Shown in pieces: positions 47,797 through 60,100 of a stretch of DNA of 64,000 bases. Source of the DNA: Yuukianura sp. NJ FZ-2021 (lineage: Eukaryota). The DNA lies in contig CM102288.1 of NCBI GenBank assembly GCA_046563655.1, positions 1,178,001-1,242,000 of the forward strand, given 5' to 3'. The notes beneath the pieces were generated by a model, which saw nothing but the letters and a program-made list of their open reading frames with translations, was not told where the DNA came from and made no database searches. The position numbers were made by a program, and so were the translations under genes. Each line of letters opens with the position of its first letter. The stretch's first letter is position 1.

Positions 47797-49278
47797 TCAT
47801 CTAGAAGCTTTCTTTTGTCTCTCCGGTCGTTCAATGGATTTTAAAATGTTTGAAATTGCATTTGTCAGGGTTAGCGTCCTGTCAGTTCCATCAGTCCCAG
47901 TATCTAATTCAATAAAGTTCAGAGGTTACTAGAAATAATTTATGAGAAATATTTAGCAGTAAAGTGTATGACATAATGACCTACTCCTGTCATCAGTCCA
48001 TTTGGCGTAACTTTTGACATCTTCTTCCGACTGTGTCAATTCCAACCACGTTTGGTATAAGATGGGGAGACACAATTCCACAAACTTAGGCCAAAATTCC
48101 TTATCTTCTCTGACACCCGAACTGAAGTCATGCGTTGTTCCAGCTGAAGTGAAATAGTCCAATGTTGAGCTGCCATTTAGAGCTGTCTGAGGTGATTGGA
48201 TCCGTGTCTCTTGATAGCCATAAGTATAACTTAGCCCCACAAATGTCTTGGAGTCCTCCCATGACAATGAAATACAACTCCCATTGTGATTGGCCTCAGC
48301 TTCCTTTCGGGCACTAAAGAATTCATGTGAAAATTAATAAAATGGAAGTATCTCATGCTAACTTGTGAAAGAAAATACCGTTCTTGCGCAGTGTGAAGTT
48401 CTATGCATGACTCCAGAAACTTCAAAACCTTAATTCGGAGAGCAGAACCGCTTTGCTTAGATGTAATGTCCAATTTCAGTTGAGGTTGTCCCTGAGATCC
48501 AGTGTTGGACCACTTGGACGTCCGTGGTTTCCCAGCACCAGATGAAATTAGTCCAAGAACAATTGGAAGCAAAATGTGGAATGAACTGTACATCAAGTTT
48601 GGGAAGAAAGACAGAAGCAAAGTAACAATGTGAATGGAACTACGTCGCACGTCTGAATTCAAGTGCGTGAGGGAGCACTTGACGTAACTGATTACAAGAT
48701 TCCAAAATGGTTTCATTTGTTCCTCAGTAAGCTACAACAAATGAAAAACTTGATCATTCAACATGTTCCAGGCAGTTCAATCAATGTTAAACATAAGCAT
48801 AATAGTACCCTTCCGAATATGGCTTCAGCCATTCGAATATTTTCCTTCCGTATGGAATCTTCTTCATTTAAAGCCAAAGCTCCGATCTTCTCCAAAATTT
48901 TATCCAGATTCGACGTAAGAGCATCCGGCTGAGACGTAATTATCTCCAGTAGACCCAAAATTGCGTCTTTCTTGATATTCGTATTATGATGGCTCAGAGA
49001 GTGCAGCACGTCCTGCAACAATTGAACTAAATTCAGAAAGTTGTAAGTAGTATTGACATTAAAATGTACCGTGAACTTACCGCAAGACTTCTGTTTCTGC
49101 TAATTTGGACAGAATCGCCTTCTGACGGTCCTTGTAGTTGTTCTCGTAGTAAAATTTTCTTTGCCTTGAACGTTGGTTCGATGACATTTTGAGAACGGCC
49201 TAATTTCTTGACACCCGTCAGCTGAGTCTTGTTCTTCTCCTTCCGACGTAATTTCTTATGACGATCGCTTTTAGTCAT
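47797..49278 (-). CDS. TEX10: TEX10/Ipi1 (Rix1 complex, pre-rRNA processing) homologue; 3' end uncertain
   Basis: Basic N-terminus with TFKAKKILLREQL, then SHHNTNIKKDAILGLLE, the Ipi1_N-like PFWNLVISYVKCSLTHLNSDVRRSS, and LPILYQTWLE. The best last exon ends ERQKKASR* at 47797. Confidence 0.8.
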
Positions 49279-50971
49279 GTTTTAGACGTATGACCTTACG
49301 CTTGTTCTGCAACAAAAACGTGTAAACGATTAGCAATCAATCAGAGATCTAAAAACTTCGATACAAAGCTAAAGTTGTACTAGTAATAAAAAGCTAATGT
49401 TTACCCCACACCGCTCACTCTCACCCTGTCGCCTGCAAAAATGTGAAAATCCGTTTACGTAATAATATAACTTTCGAATTAATCGATTACTTTACCTTTG
49501 TACATTACAAAAAGCCAAAAGAAATCAAACCACATGCTAATTCTTTGACTTTGGTTGAAAGCAATTAACGCTCCAGGTATTGTACCCATCAATGGTAACG
49601 GCCCCGTAAGTTATAATGCCATACCATCAAAACGTTATGTTTTTAACTTTGTAATCATGTAACTGTAAAAAGTTACAGTAAGCACTGTATGGTTACAAGA
49701 ATGGCTTCAGTGGTTACATTACGTTGTACATTACATAGTTACCTTATGCGGTAACAGCTGGTCAACCCTATGCTTACGTCAGCTTTCAATCTTTCAAGTT
49801 CCCGCATTTTAAGTTCAAAATGTGCATGGGAAAATTGCATGTCTCGCCTGTGATCTGTGATTTAGCGAAGAATTACACTTTGAAAATTCCCGCCGCCATT
49901 AAAAGGTAACAAAGAGTGATTCACTTGTGAGAGATTGGGCACATTGAAAATCCGCGCTAAAATTCAAACCAAGTGCCAAAAAAGTAAATCTACGGTGCAC
50001 GCACAGAGACTGAAGTTAGAAGTTAGAAGCTTTAGAATTTTCCCAACTTTTGCATCGGCCAATTTTCTCTACAATTCTACGGAATAGTTTGATTATTTTT
50101 CAGTCCGTAGGTTGCCACAAAATATGAAATGAATCGTAAAATATATAAAATTTAATTTAAACATTACTCAAAGGTTGACCATAATTAAAAAGCTTAGCCG
50201 CTTGGCTTGTTTACTTTGCCAAATTAAAAACAGAGAACTTTGAAATATGGGATTCGAATGCTGTCATTGAGGATATTACCGTGTCAAGGTGCTCCTGCTT
50301 CACTTAAAAAAATGCTTTTGTGCAAATTTCGTGTTTGTCATGAATAAGATAGCAGGATTTTTGCAACTCTAACGTATAGTAAAGGCTGATTAGGTTTTGT
50401 TTGGATGCATGTTTGGTTGTTGTCTTAAATGAAGCATAATGGTTTGCAAAATATTAAGTTAGGAGGAGATGACTAAACTTGTTTTAAGTGAGAGTTACTC
50501 AAATCAAAACAAGTTTTTGGAAGGCAAAATGCTATTCGAAAGTTGATCTCAGACGACCTCATTTAATTTTTAGTATAACATTCATGTATATTTTTTCTTA
50601 GTTTACTGAAGGAACTGATCTTTGGTTTACCATTTGGATTGTCATCATCATCTTTCAAGAACACATCTCCAAAGTAACATTTGGAAGATTGGGAAAGATG
50701 CAATATCTTTTTAAGGATATTTCAAAGGAAAGTGAAGTCGATGTACTTGTTTCATCAAGGAGTGACCACTAAACTTCCAAAACTTGACTTACAACTCTCA
50801 GTCTCGTTCAAAACAAGATTCACTTTTTAAGAACGATCCTAACTGTTTCAGTATTACAGACACTGCAGACCTAAACACAATTTCTTGTCGTCTCCTTTCA
50901 CTTTCAAAATTTCAGAATTTCAGACAAAATTTCAGAATTTCACACAACTTTGATTCAGCTTAGGTTAGGTT

Positions 50972-51919
50972 ATGGAACTTCTTCCACTGTCCTTGACCCG
51001 GTCAGACATTCATAAACTTTCGAGGTCAGGATCTGGATCCATCAGTGACAAAAGTAGCACGGAGAGACGGAAACCGAATTGGACTGAATGCGAAAACGTT
51101 TTTCTCTTGGACCAATTCAGTATTCATCGAGAGATTCTCACTTGCAAAGCTACAGATGCTTCGACGAATTTGCGAAAACAAGAAGTTTGGCGCGTCATTT
51201 GCCAAAATTTGAATCTCCAAAATTCACTCGTTCGTCGCACTCCGGCCGAAGTTCGACGGAAGTGGAAAAATTTAGTTACGGCAGCCAAAAAAGAACTTTG
51301 GGAACTTCGGCATCAGGCTCACACGACCGGAGCGGCTCGGAAAATATCCGAACTGAGCCAGAGAGTGATTCAATTGCATTCGTCTTCAGCGTCAACCAAT
51401 AACGCCTCGGCTCTCTCAGCGCTGTTTCTGCATCATCAAAATTTGACTTCAAATAGTAGTGAAGACTTGAAATTTTGTGGAACGAATAACAACGACTACG
51501 ATAAAGTGTCCGAGTACTACTCAAATGGCAGCAGTTCCCACTTTACTCCGATTGTTCAGTTGAGTGAAAACGTTTCAAGTCCAACTGGCAGCATCATGTC
51601 GAGTAACGATTCGAGAAATGAATTTGATTCAGGCATTTACGAGGAAGCGACTGACCTGAGAGTGAACGTTAACAAACCGATGTTACTTGAACGCAAATTA
51701 AGCGAAGCTACAACGGCTGAAGACATTCAACAGAGTAGGATCAAGAGCAGCTCTAAAAACGTTTCGAGCTCGGAACTTCATCGGGTCAAACTGGAACTGC
51801 AAGTTGATGTTTTAAAATTACGAAAACGGAAATTGGAAATGGAGGTGCGCAGACTCCGAAGAATTCCAAATTTTTTCTGGAGACGGAATCTGTCACAGAA
51901 AAATTACAACAATCCATGA
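50972..51919 (+). CDS. Myb/SANT-like DNA-binding protein (NAIF1/MSANTD-type) with C-terminal coiled coil, intronless
   Basis: RRKPNWTECENVFLLD...NLRKQEVWRVICQNLN...RRTPAEVRRKWKNL is a Myb_DNA-bind_5-like signature. C-terminal LELQVDVLKLRKRKLEMEVRRL. Uninterrupted 315-aa ORF. Confidence 0.85.
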   Translation: MELLPLSLTRSDIHKLSRSGSGSISDKSSTERRKPNWTECENVFLLDQFSIHREILTCKATDASTNLRKQEVWRVICQNLNLQNSLVRRTPAEVRRKWKNLVTAAKKELWELRHQAHTTGAARKISELSQRVIQLHSSSASTNNASALSALFLHHQNLTSNSSEDLKFCGTNNNDYDKVSEYYSNGSSSHFTPIVQLSENVSSPTGSIMSSNDSRNEFDSGIYEEATDLRVNVNKPMLLERKLSEATTAEDIQQSRIKSSSKNVSSSELHRVKLELQVDVLKLRKRKLEMEVRRLRRIPNFFWRRNLSQKNYNNP

Positions 51920-53172
51920 AAATTTTAAAGAATTTTGTAGCATTTACGAAATGAAAATTTGAATTATAATGAGTTTCGGATTATCGAAAAAAAATTACAC
52001 CACTGATTTCATAATACAGACATCTCCGTTCTATGGAACTTTTGGCTGAGATGAGCGGAACAATTCCTAAACTTTTCAACTTTTACATTTAGTAGCATCG
52101 TATTTTGGAAAAAGTTTGAAAAATGGCAATTTTAAAAAATTGAACTTTTAGTCTGAAATATATCTTAATAACTGTATTAATTTTATAATAATTTCAATTA
52201 ATTATAATTCTTCAATTAAGTCTGTTAGGAATTAGAATGTAAGCGTTTTCATTGGGTTGAATTTTTTGGAAATGTTTTTGAAAGTTAGTTTTTCCTTCGT
52301 TTTTTTGTACTTTTGTAATAAATAAATTTCAAAAAAGTGAAATCCCTTACCTATGTCAAGAAAAAGTTGGTTGTTCTTCATTCATTTTCCTTTTTGAAAA
52401 AAAAATGGACCAAACAAACCTGTTTCAGCATAAAACAAAGAAGAAATCAACATGAGGAAATTGAAATAAAAAACAAAGATTTTACTTTCGTTGTAAGCAT
52501 TTCACGTGCTCAATTTCAAATTCACTTTCACATTAATAATGGTCCTACTACTCAACTAACAGCTTTCACTTTCATTCCAAACTCATCTCACTTTTCAATT
52601 ACACTCTCCTAAGCCAAACCAGGTTCAAATTGTTTTAGTCTATTATAATTTCTTCTAATTCTTACTAATTATTCCTTTGTACCAAAATTTAATTGTTACA
52701 ACTTTTTAAAATAAGTTTCAAAAATTAACTTCCACCCCATTTACAAAAACATGTTTTGACTTTATCGTACAATTTGACGTTAATGTTAAGTTGTGAGTCT
52801 CAGGAAAAGTTTATTTTTGAAATACATCAGGCGATACTTGTGTGATTTAAAATTTAACTCATTCGCATTCTTAAGAAATCAAATCGTATTTTATAGAATC
52901 ACATTTGATTCTGTAGAGGGTGCACAGCACAAGATTTGAACGAATATTATGGAAAGGGAGGGGGTTGAAAATCGATTGAGTGACTCACCCCACAGTTCAA
53001 AACTCAAAACTCACATGTTCTAAAAAGTAGTTGTTCAGAACAGAACAAAAATCTTAAAATATAAATTTTTACTAACTTGTAAACATTCTCCCTTTGCTAA
53101 AGTTACAAGTTTCTGTTCTCCGCAGAATTTGCTCTTGGCGTGATAACGAGCAGTGTACGAACCGGGTTTACC

Positions 53173-53907
53173 ATGAAGTACTTTATAGATTTTTGGATCA
53201 TCTTCACTGTACTTTATTTCGAGCCAATCCAAACTCAAGGTCAAAAGGTCACCGACACAGACACTTTTGTGCGTAACGGACTTCAAAAGTCCTTGAAAAA
53301 ATACGTGCACTACAATCGGTTGGAGTACGGCGCCCAGTGCTCATGGGAACACGAGAAGGGGGTGGGTCAACTCTGGCATCACTACGTCTCCTACCTTGTA
53401 GCCAGTGACCTCAAGGTCACTCGTTCCGAAGGCATCTCTTTGTTAAAATCTTTAACAGACATCATCAACTCTAAAACGCTCCTTTGCAACTACTACAGTC
53501 AGTTGACCTGTGACCCCAACAGTCTAAAATGTCAGTGCCTCTCAGGAACTTACATGGGGGTGAACATAACGTCATCAAGGGAAGGTCAAACATGTGTTTT
53601 GAAACATGGGAGTTTCTGCACTCCTGCGAACTTTCTTGGTCTCAACATCCAGAAGTCTATGACATGTGAAGTGGGAACGACCTGCGTCATTGCGACGACG
53701 AATTCCAACGGTTGCGGAAATACGCAGACTCAGCAGAATTCGACTGCTGGCGACACTGAGGCAGTTTTGGCACAAACAAACACCATTGATCCCAATTTCG
53801 TCAATAAATTGAGCAACGGATTCTGTATTTGCAACAAATGCAAAACAAATCTTCCATCTCGTTTCAGTGTTCTAACTGTTTTTGTTGTTGCAATTTTTTC
53901 GGTTTAG
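53173..53907 (+). CDS. Intronless Cys-rich secreted/membrane-anchored protein of unknown function
   Basis: ATG at 53173 starts a hydrophobic leader (MKYFIDFWIIFTVLYF). About 13 Cys follow (AQC, LLC, LTC, CQC, TC, FC, TC, TC, FCICNKC), then a hydrophobic C-terminus (VLTVFVVAIFSV*). Confidence 0.7.
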   Translation: MKYFIDFWIIFTVLYFEPIQTQGQKVTDTDTFVRNGLQKSLKKYVHYNRLEYGAQCSWEHEKGVGQLWHHYVSYLVASDLKVTRSEGISLLKSLTDIINSKTLLCNYYSQLTCDPNSLKCQCLSGTYMGVNITSSREGQTCVLKHGSFCTPANFLGLNIQKSMTCEVGTTCVIATTNSNGCGNTQTQQNSTAGDTEAVLAQTNTIDPNFVNKLSNGFCICNKCKTNLPSRFSVLTVFVVAIFSV

Positions 53908-56900
53908 TAAACAAAATTAACCCGTATTTTGTTTCTCACACTTTTGGTTCACTTCAACTGGTACATGAATTGATTCCCAATGCAAATGTGGAGACTTTTT
54001 ATAAACAACTTTGGAATTATGTGTTAAGCTTACATTTCTAGCACTAAACTTAATTAATTAACACTAATCTATGTTATGAATTCGCCAAGTTTGATTCAAG
54101 TAACTATACGCGAATATTAGTTGAATAAACATATGCTAACTTGCAAAAATTGAATTGGATTTGCTAAACTTTTTTTTCGTTGAGTTTTTTTTAAATTGCT
54201 CTTTACTGAATTTTTGCAGAATTTTAGATATGTTGTAGAATAAGTTCTTAAACTACTATAAACAAATTTTGAAATAAATTTCACAATTTTTAATTTTATT
54301 GTCCTTTTGTGATTTTGTTGAATGAAATCGGAGTGTGAACTTTTAGTCGTTGGCAATTTTGTCTACTCAGGAATAGAATGAATGGGAAGAATGAATGAAG
54401 CGTAATTTAACGGCGTAACAATAACTTTTTTCCAAATCAAAATTTGATTCTGAAAAAGTTTTTGTCCCACAGTTCTTTATGGATTGTAAGGATGATCATA
54501 GGGGAGATGGGGATGACCTCTGTGATCAGTTGAGAGATGAAGTAACTGATACTTCTGCCTGTCATTTGCAATGTTCCATTGAAACCGTTACTTCACAGTG
54601 CAAATTTTATGTAACTCCAATCCATGAAATAAAGCGTGAGAAGATGACACCAACTGCCACTTTTCACATAAATCTTAACTAGAAAGAAACGCTTAAAAAC
54701 TAAAGTGTTTAAGTGAACACTGAAAACAATTAAATTTTTAAGGTCAGAGGTCAAAAGTTTCTTCACGTGTATAGAAACAAAGTTAGAGTGCGAACACTGG
54801 GAAGCGTCTGAGAACAAAAGAGAGTCTTGACTTCTATTGTCTAGACAGCTCATGTTTCATTAGGAACAAAAACAGGCTGAAATTTAGAAAAACTGAACAA
54901 AATGGAGTGGCAAATTTAGGAAAATTGAGTTTGAATAGAGGCTGTAGAATTAAGTAAGGGAAAAAGTGCATCAGTTCCAGTTCATAAGAAGCAAATTGCA
55001 CAAAATCTGATGCAAAAGACGCTTTTTAACAAGTTGTTTTTGTAAGGAAAGTGAAAGAACAGAATCTTTGAGCTCGTTTGGAGATTAGGATTGACGTTAG
55101 CAGGGAAATGACGACAGATTTTTCGAAATGTTCAAAAATAATAAAAAAAAAGTGAAGGAAAATTGATTCACCCAAAAATTGTTGTGACGTAGATTTTTCA
55201 AAAGAGTAGTTTTGAATAGGAAACACAAATTTTTGAATTCACCTTCAAATTTTTGAATTCATCAGCTCGACTGAATGAATTGGGCCAAAGAAACCTTGAC
55301 ATTGACACGAGGAACGGAAACTGAATAAAAATTGAGTCATTTTGATTCATTCATTTCCAACCACAGAAAAGTGAAAGTTGTACAAGTACCTATAAGAATT
55401 TGCAAAATTGGCCAATTTTGAAAAAAAAATCAAAAGTCACCAAGTTGAAGTTCAATTTTAAAAATCGAATTCACCCAAGTTACACACGTTAAAACAAAAA
55501 TCAACGTTTCAAATCTACTTGTGTCAAATCAGAAACAGTTTTTCAAAATTTTGATCATAGTTTTACTGCTAGGGGTTGTTGGTAAAAATTTGCAACAAAG
55601 TGAAAAGTTGCACAGGAAGTTATTACCAAAAACATGGAAAATTTTTTTGAATTTCCTGTTGATGTAGTTTTTACTATATTTTTGGCAATAAATTATGAAA
55701 ATTTGAACCAAAGGTCGTTCCAAAAGGGCGCCATCCGCCATATTAAATCTGCACAAAATTCATAATTCAACCCAAAAATTTTGGCACAACAAAATATAAA
55801 TGCAGCATGTCGGCCTGACCTACGTCAATGTATAGATTTGTTGAATTTATTTTAAGTTTGACCTTACAATTCATTCATTCTTCATTCAACTTTAATATTA
55901 AAAACAAAGTTTTTGTAAAAATTTAAATTTCATGAACCCAGATCATCGTGAAATTTGATTTAAGATTTTTGAATCAGTTTCAGTTCAGTTCGGCTCCTTC
56001 CTTCCTCTCTTAAGCTTAGTGTCGGTTCCTGTGACAAGAAAATTTGCAATTTTGATTTTCAAAATTTTAAAATTTTGACTTTGTGATGTGAATAATTCAT
56101 AAAAAGTTGGAAATGAATTTCCAAACGACCTTTCTCATTCATTCTTTCAAAAAATTGAAAAAACAAAATGAAATGCACCCCCTGCTTTGAAATTGGAAAA
56201 GTTTACAACAAAGCCTATAAATTCTATTGTTCTGTTATAAATGCAGGAGTTAAGGGAGGGAAAAAAGCCTATAGAAATCTTTAGGCTTCAAGATGCCAGA
56301 AAATCAGCGTCTAACAGAAGCGTTGCAGTTGACACTTTTTAGATTTCCGTGCAGCAACCCACGCAACCCACAACTTCTCAAGCGCATTCAAAAATCCACC
56401 GAAGGTTCGTTCTTTCTTTTGATTCAAAGAAAAAAAACTTTGTGCAAAAATTCTTTATAAAGCGCGTAAGAAGTGGTTTTCCATCAACAGTCGTCAAGTC
56501 CCCTCCAATTTGGTAGTATCTTCCAGTAAAGTCTAAAATTTTGAAAAACTAAAAAATTTCAAAATCAAAATCACAAAATTTTGCTGAAATCATACCCTAT
56601 TGACTCAAAATTTTGCAAATCGGTGTCTTTTTTGGACTCGCACTAGAGGCAGAACTGGTGTTTGTGGAACTACTGCTAGAAAGTGCTCTGAACGTGATCT
56701 ACTTTGACTTGGGTCCAAATTTTTAGTCTTTTGAAGAGTTTAGTCTATCAGTAGTTAGCAGTTCAGTTGTCCTTCTGAAAAGAAACAGTTTCAGTTTGTT
56801 TATCCCTAGCACTTGGAAACTAAAAAAGTAGTTTAACTAACTTGGACTTTAGTTGGAGACAAGAATCAAAAAGAAACAGAACCAAAAAGTTCTTCTGAAA

Positions 56901-57146
56901 AAAGTCCATCTTCAGACTCTCCAACTCAAAACCTAACTTCAAATATTACTAAAAAGTTCCTATCTCTGCTTTTTTGGACTAACCAAAACCATCGTCATCC
57001 TTCATTTAGAAACTGGAACTCAATTTGTTCAATTGAATTTCAAGTTAGCAGACAGACTAAACTTTGTCTTTCAAACTTTTGTCTTTCAATTTTTTGAACT
57101 CTGTTTCTCAACTTTTTGGAGTCTTTCAAGCCCAAAATCTTTCAAA

Positions 57147-60100
57147 ATGGAACTGCTCGGTCCGAAGTATTTAGTTTTTACTTTCTCCGTGACAATTTGT
57201 CTCCTCCTGTCTTTCTCCAGTTCTTCACCAAATCCAGGCAGATCCAATCCCTACACAAGTTCAAATAGTCAACAACTTCCTGCATCTTCCATCACAAGTA
57301 ATCACATCAGACACAATGAGGTCATTCCTGAGGTCAACACTTTTCATAGCAGCGTGTCACCGGTTCTGCAGAATGAGTCATTGTCTGGAAATGGAAGTGC
57401 CGGTTTGTCGATGTGTTCGGACGAAAGTGTTGTTGCTGGGAAATGTCCAAATCTGGGTTTGAACATGAGGAATTTCAGTCTGGAACGAATTAAACATGAC
57501 ATTCTGAGAAAATTGAGACTGGATGAACATAAATTGCCAAATGCATCGGCAATTCCCAGACACTACTTGGAAGGTCTCCTCCATGGAATTGACATGCAAA
57601 ATGACTCGCCGCAGAACCAGTACGATGATGACCATGCCACAACAGAAAAAATCATTGCTTTCTCTAGAACACGTAAGAAAAGTCAAAAAATGGAGAAAAA
57701 AAAATAAAGTTTTACATTTTACAGAAAATAGGATGCTCAATTTTCCAAATTAAAAACCTACAAAACTTAGAAAATCCGAGCTTGAAAACACAAAAAAATT
57801 TTTAGCGGTTGTGATTTTGCAAATAGAAGTTTACTACTTTTAAAGTTAATTTATCGAGAAGGTGAGCATAAGTTTTCAAATTTTAAAAAAGGAAGAGGGG
57901 TTTAAAAATTTTTAATTTTTTTAGAATTGTATTATAACAGCTTCGTTAGTCTGATTAACTTTTCAAAAACTCGTGGTGTAACAAGTCCTCATTGTATTTT
58001 AAATTGTAATTCTTTTTAACAAAAGAGACCGAGAGACATTGACATTGGACAGAAGAGTCTAAAATTTGAATTTAACTTTTAAATTTGTTTAGTTAAATAT
58101 GCTAACCTTTCCGGAGGACAAGGGAAGTAAAGCTTTAACTAAAACTTTGAACTTTGTATTTCTGATGCTTAAAATTGAAATTGACCTTGGTAATACAATT
58201 TTTGGGCTTTTTCCTTTCCTCCATGTGCATGTCACGCTAAGGTGACTGACATTTGGCGACATTTACACTTTAAACTTAACTTTTTACATAGTTACAAGAA
58301 TAAATTTGGGTTTAAAGTTGGAAAGTTGAGGCATTTTAAGCACGTTTTACAGTTACTAAAAAGCGATTAGTTTTTGTGGCACAATTTTGACGTAAGTTTT
58401 AAGTTTAAGGTTAAAAGTGGTTCAAGTGCTGACTCAATGCATCCGGATTTGTAGGAAATTGTTTAAAATGAGTAATTTGTGCACTTTAAGCAACTTTGGA
58501 CACACGGTCAAGGGTGCTTGATAAAATTTCCAAATGCAGTTCCAAAAACGTGCTACTCAGATGCAGTTTTGCATAATTTGAAAAGCCAAGCCCATATAAC
58601 TCTTGCAAATTTTGAATCAAACCAACAGCAATTTCATTTTTTGGCAAAAAAAAAATCGAAATGTTGAATAGAACTTTTGTTGTCTTTCTTTCTAAAGTAG
58701 AAAAATTTAAAACGCAAAAAATTAAAGTTGAGTCGTTGAGATTTGAGAAGAACTTAAATGCTAAAAAATTAAGTTAGAGTAGAGCTATCAATTTTTTTAA
58801 ATCCAGCAATATTCCTGATAAATTTGAAACGAAAGAATGAAAATACTAGTAAAGTTTTTGAGGCTATAAACTTCGTATCTGAGTTTTAAGCAGATGACAT
58901 TTGCCATAATATCTTATCCTATTCGACATTGTCATTTGAACTTTTTTGCACTCTCAAACTCTTAAAAAAGTCCTTCTAATATTAATCTTTATACTCTTAA
59001 TTTGAGCACATGCGTTTGAAATTGTGAAACAGTTGAGAGAAATCCTTGTTAATTTCTTCCTTAATTTTTAATACTCAAAACGTGTTAATTTCCTAATTTT
59101 TAAAACTTTGTTACAAATTCTTGTAAGTTGAAGTACAAAGTGTGTCTTTGTTGTTAAAAGACACGCCCTCAAGAATTTACACCACTTCAAAGATGACAAT
59201 GGGCACTACAAAGTAACTAACAAGGGTGTTAAAGCACTTGGAAGAGCTTAGATAAACAGTAATCGAATCCAGAAATAGCTTTTCTTTGGTATTGAAAACA
59301 TGACACGAGTGAGTGTCAATTTACAACATTTTTTTAAAACGTGGCGTGACAGGACACTAACACTTTTTCACACGGCAGAAACACATTTTTGGTTCTGGAA
59401 TTTTTCTGAACTAAAGTTAATGCCCAAATTAAACTCTTCTGTTAATTAAACCTGATCAATAAAGCTTTAAACCTAGTCATATTTGGCCATTGTGCGACAA
59501 GGTTTTGAAAAGCAAAAACAAATTTTTTCATGATTTCAAAAGTTCATGATTTTTTGAAGTTCAGGAAAGTTGGGGAAATGTTATGTTTTTTGTTTCAATT
59601 CAGCAGAGTTTGACGTTGAAATTTAGTAAACAAAATAGTTGAGTAATGTTAGGTATGAAAATATATAAATTTAGAGTGAAGAAGTGATGAAGTTGCGTAA
59701 TGGAGGAAACGTGGATGTCACCAACAAGGCAAGTGCAAAGTGCACTTATTACGTCAATTTACTCTAACTTTGATCTTGTTAATATTTTAGCATCTTATGT
59801 ATACCTAAAGAAAAGCATGAACATTTTTGACAAGATGATAGTTTAGGAAGTGTCAGATGTGAAATTGCACACTTAGTAGTTGGGATATTCAGAATATGCG
59901 ATGTTAAGTAAAGTTGTAAGCCTAACCTTGATAACTTTTCCAAACATTTGAACCTAATCGGTCCCAGATTCTGAAAAAACTGGGTCAAACCACTTAACCA
60001 AATGCTGCTACAAAACGATAGAACCAAATTTGATTAAATTCAAATTATGAAAACAATTAGGCAATTTCAGCGCGATTTGAAATTTCACATTAAAATGAAA

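Noticed and set aside
55240..55275. CTGATGA hammerhead core candidates (also ~30039 and ~32762)
   Set aside because: No correctly placed GAAA and no three-stem junction.
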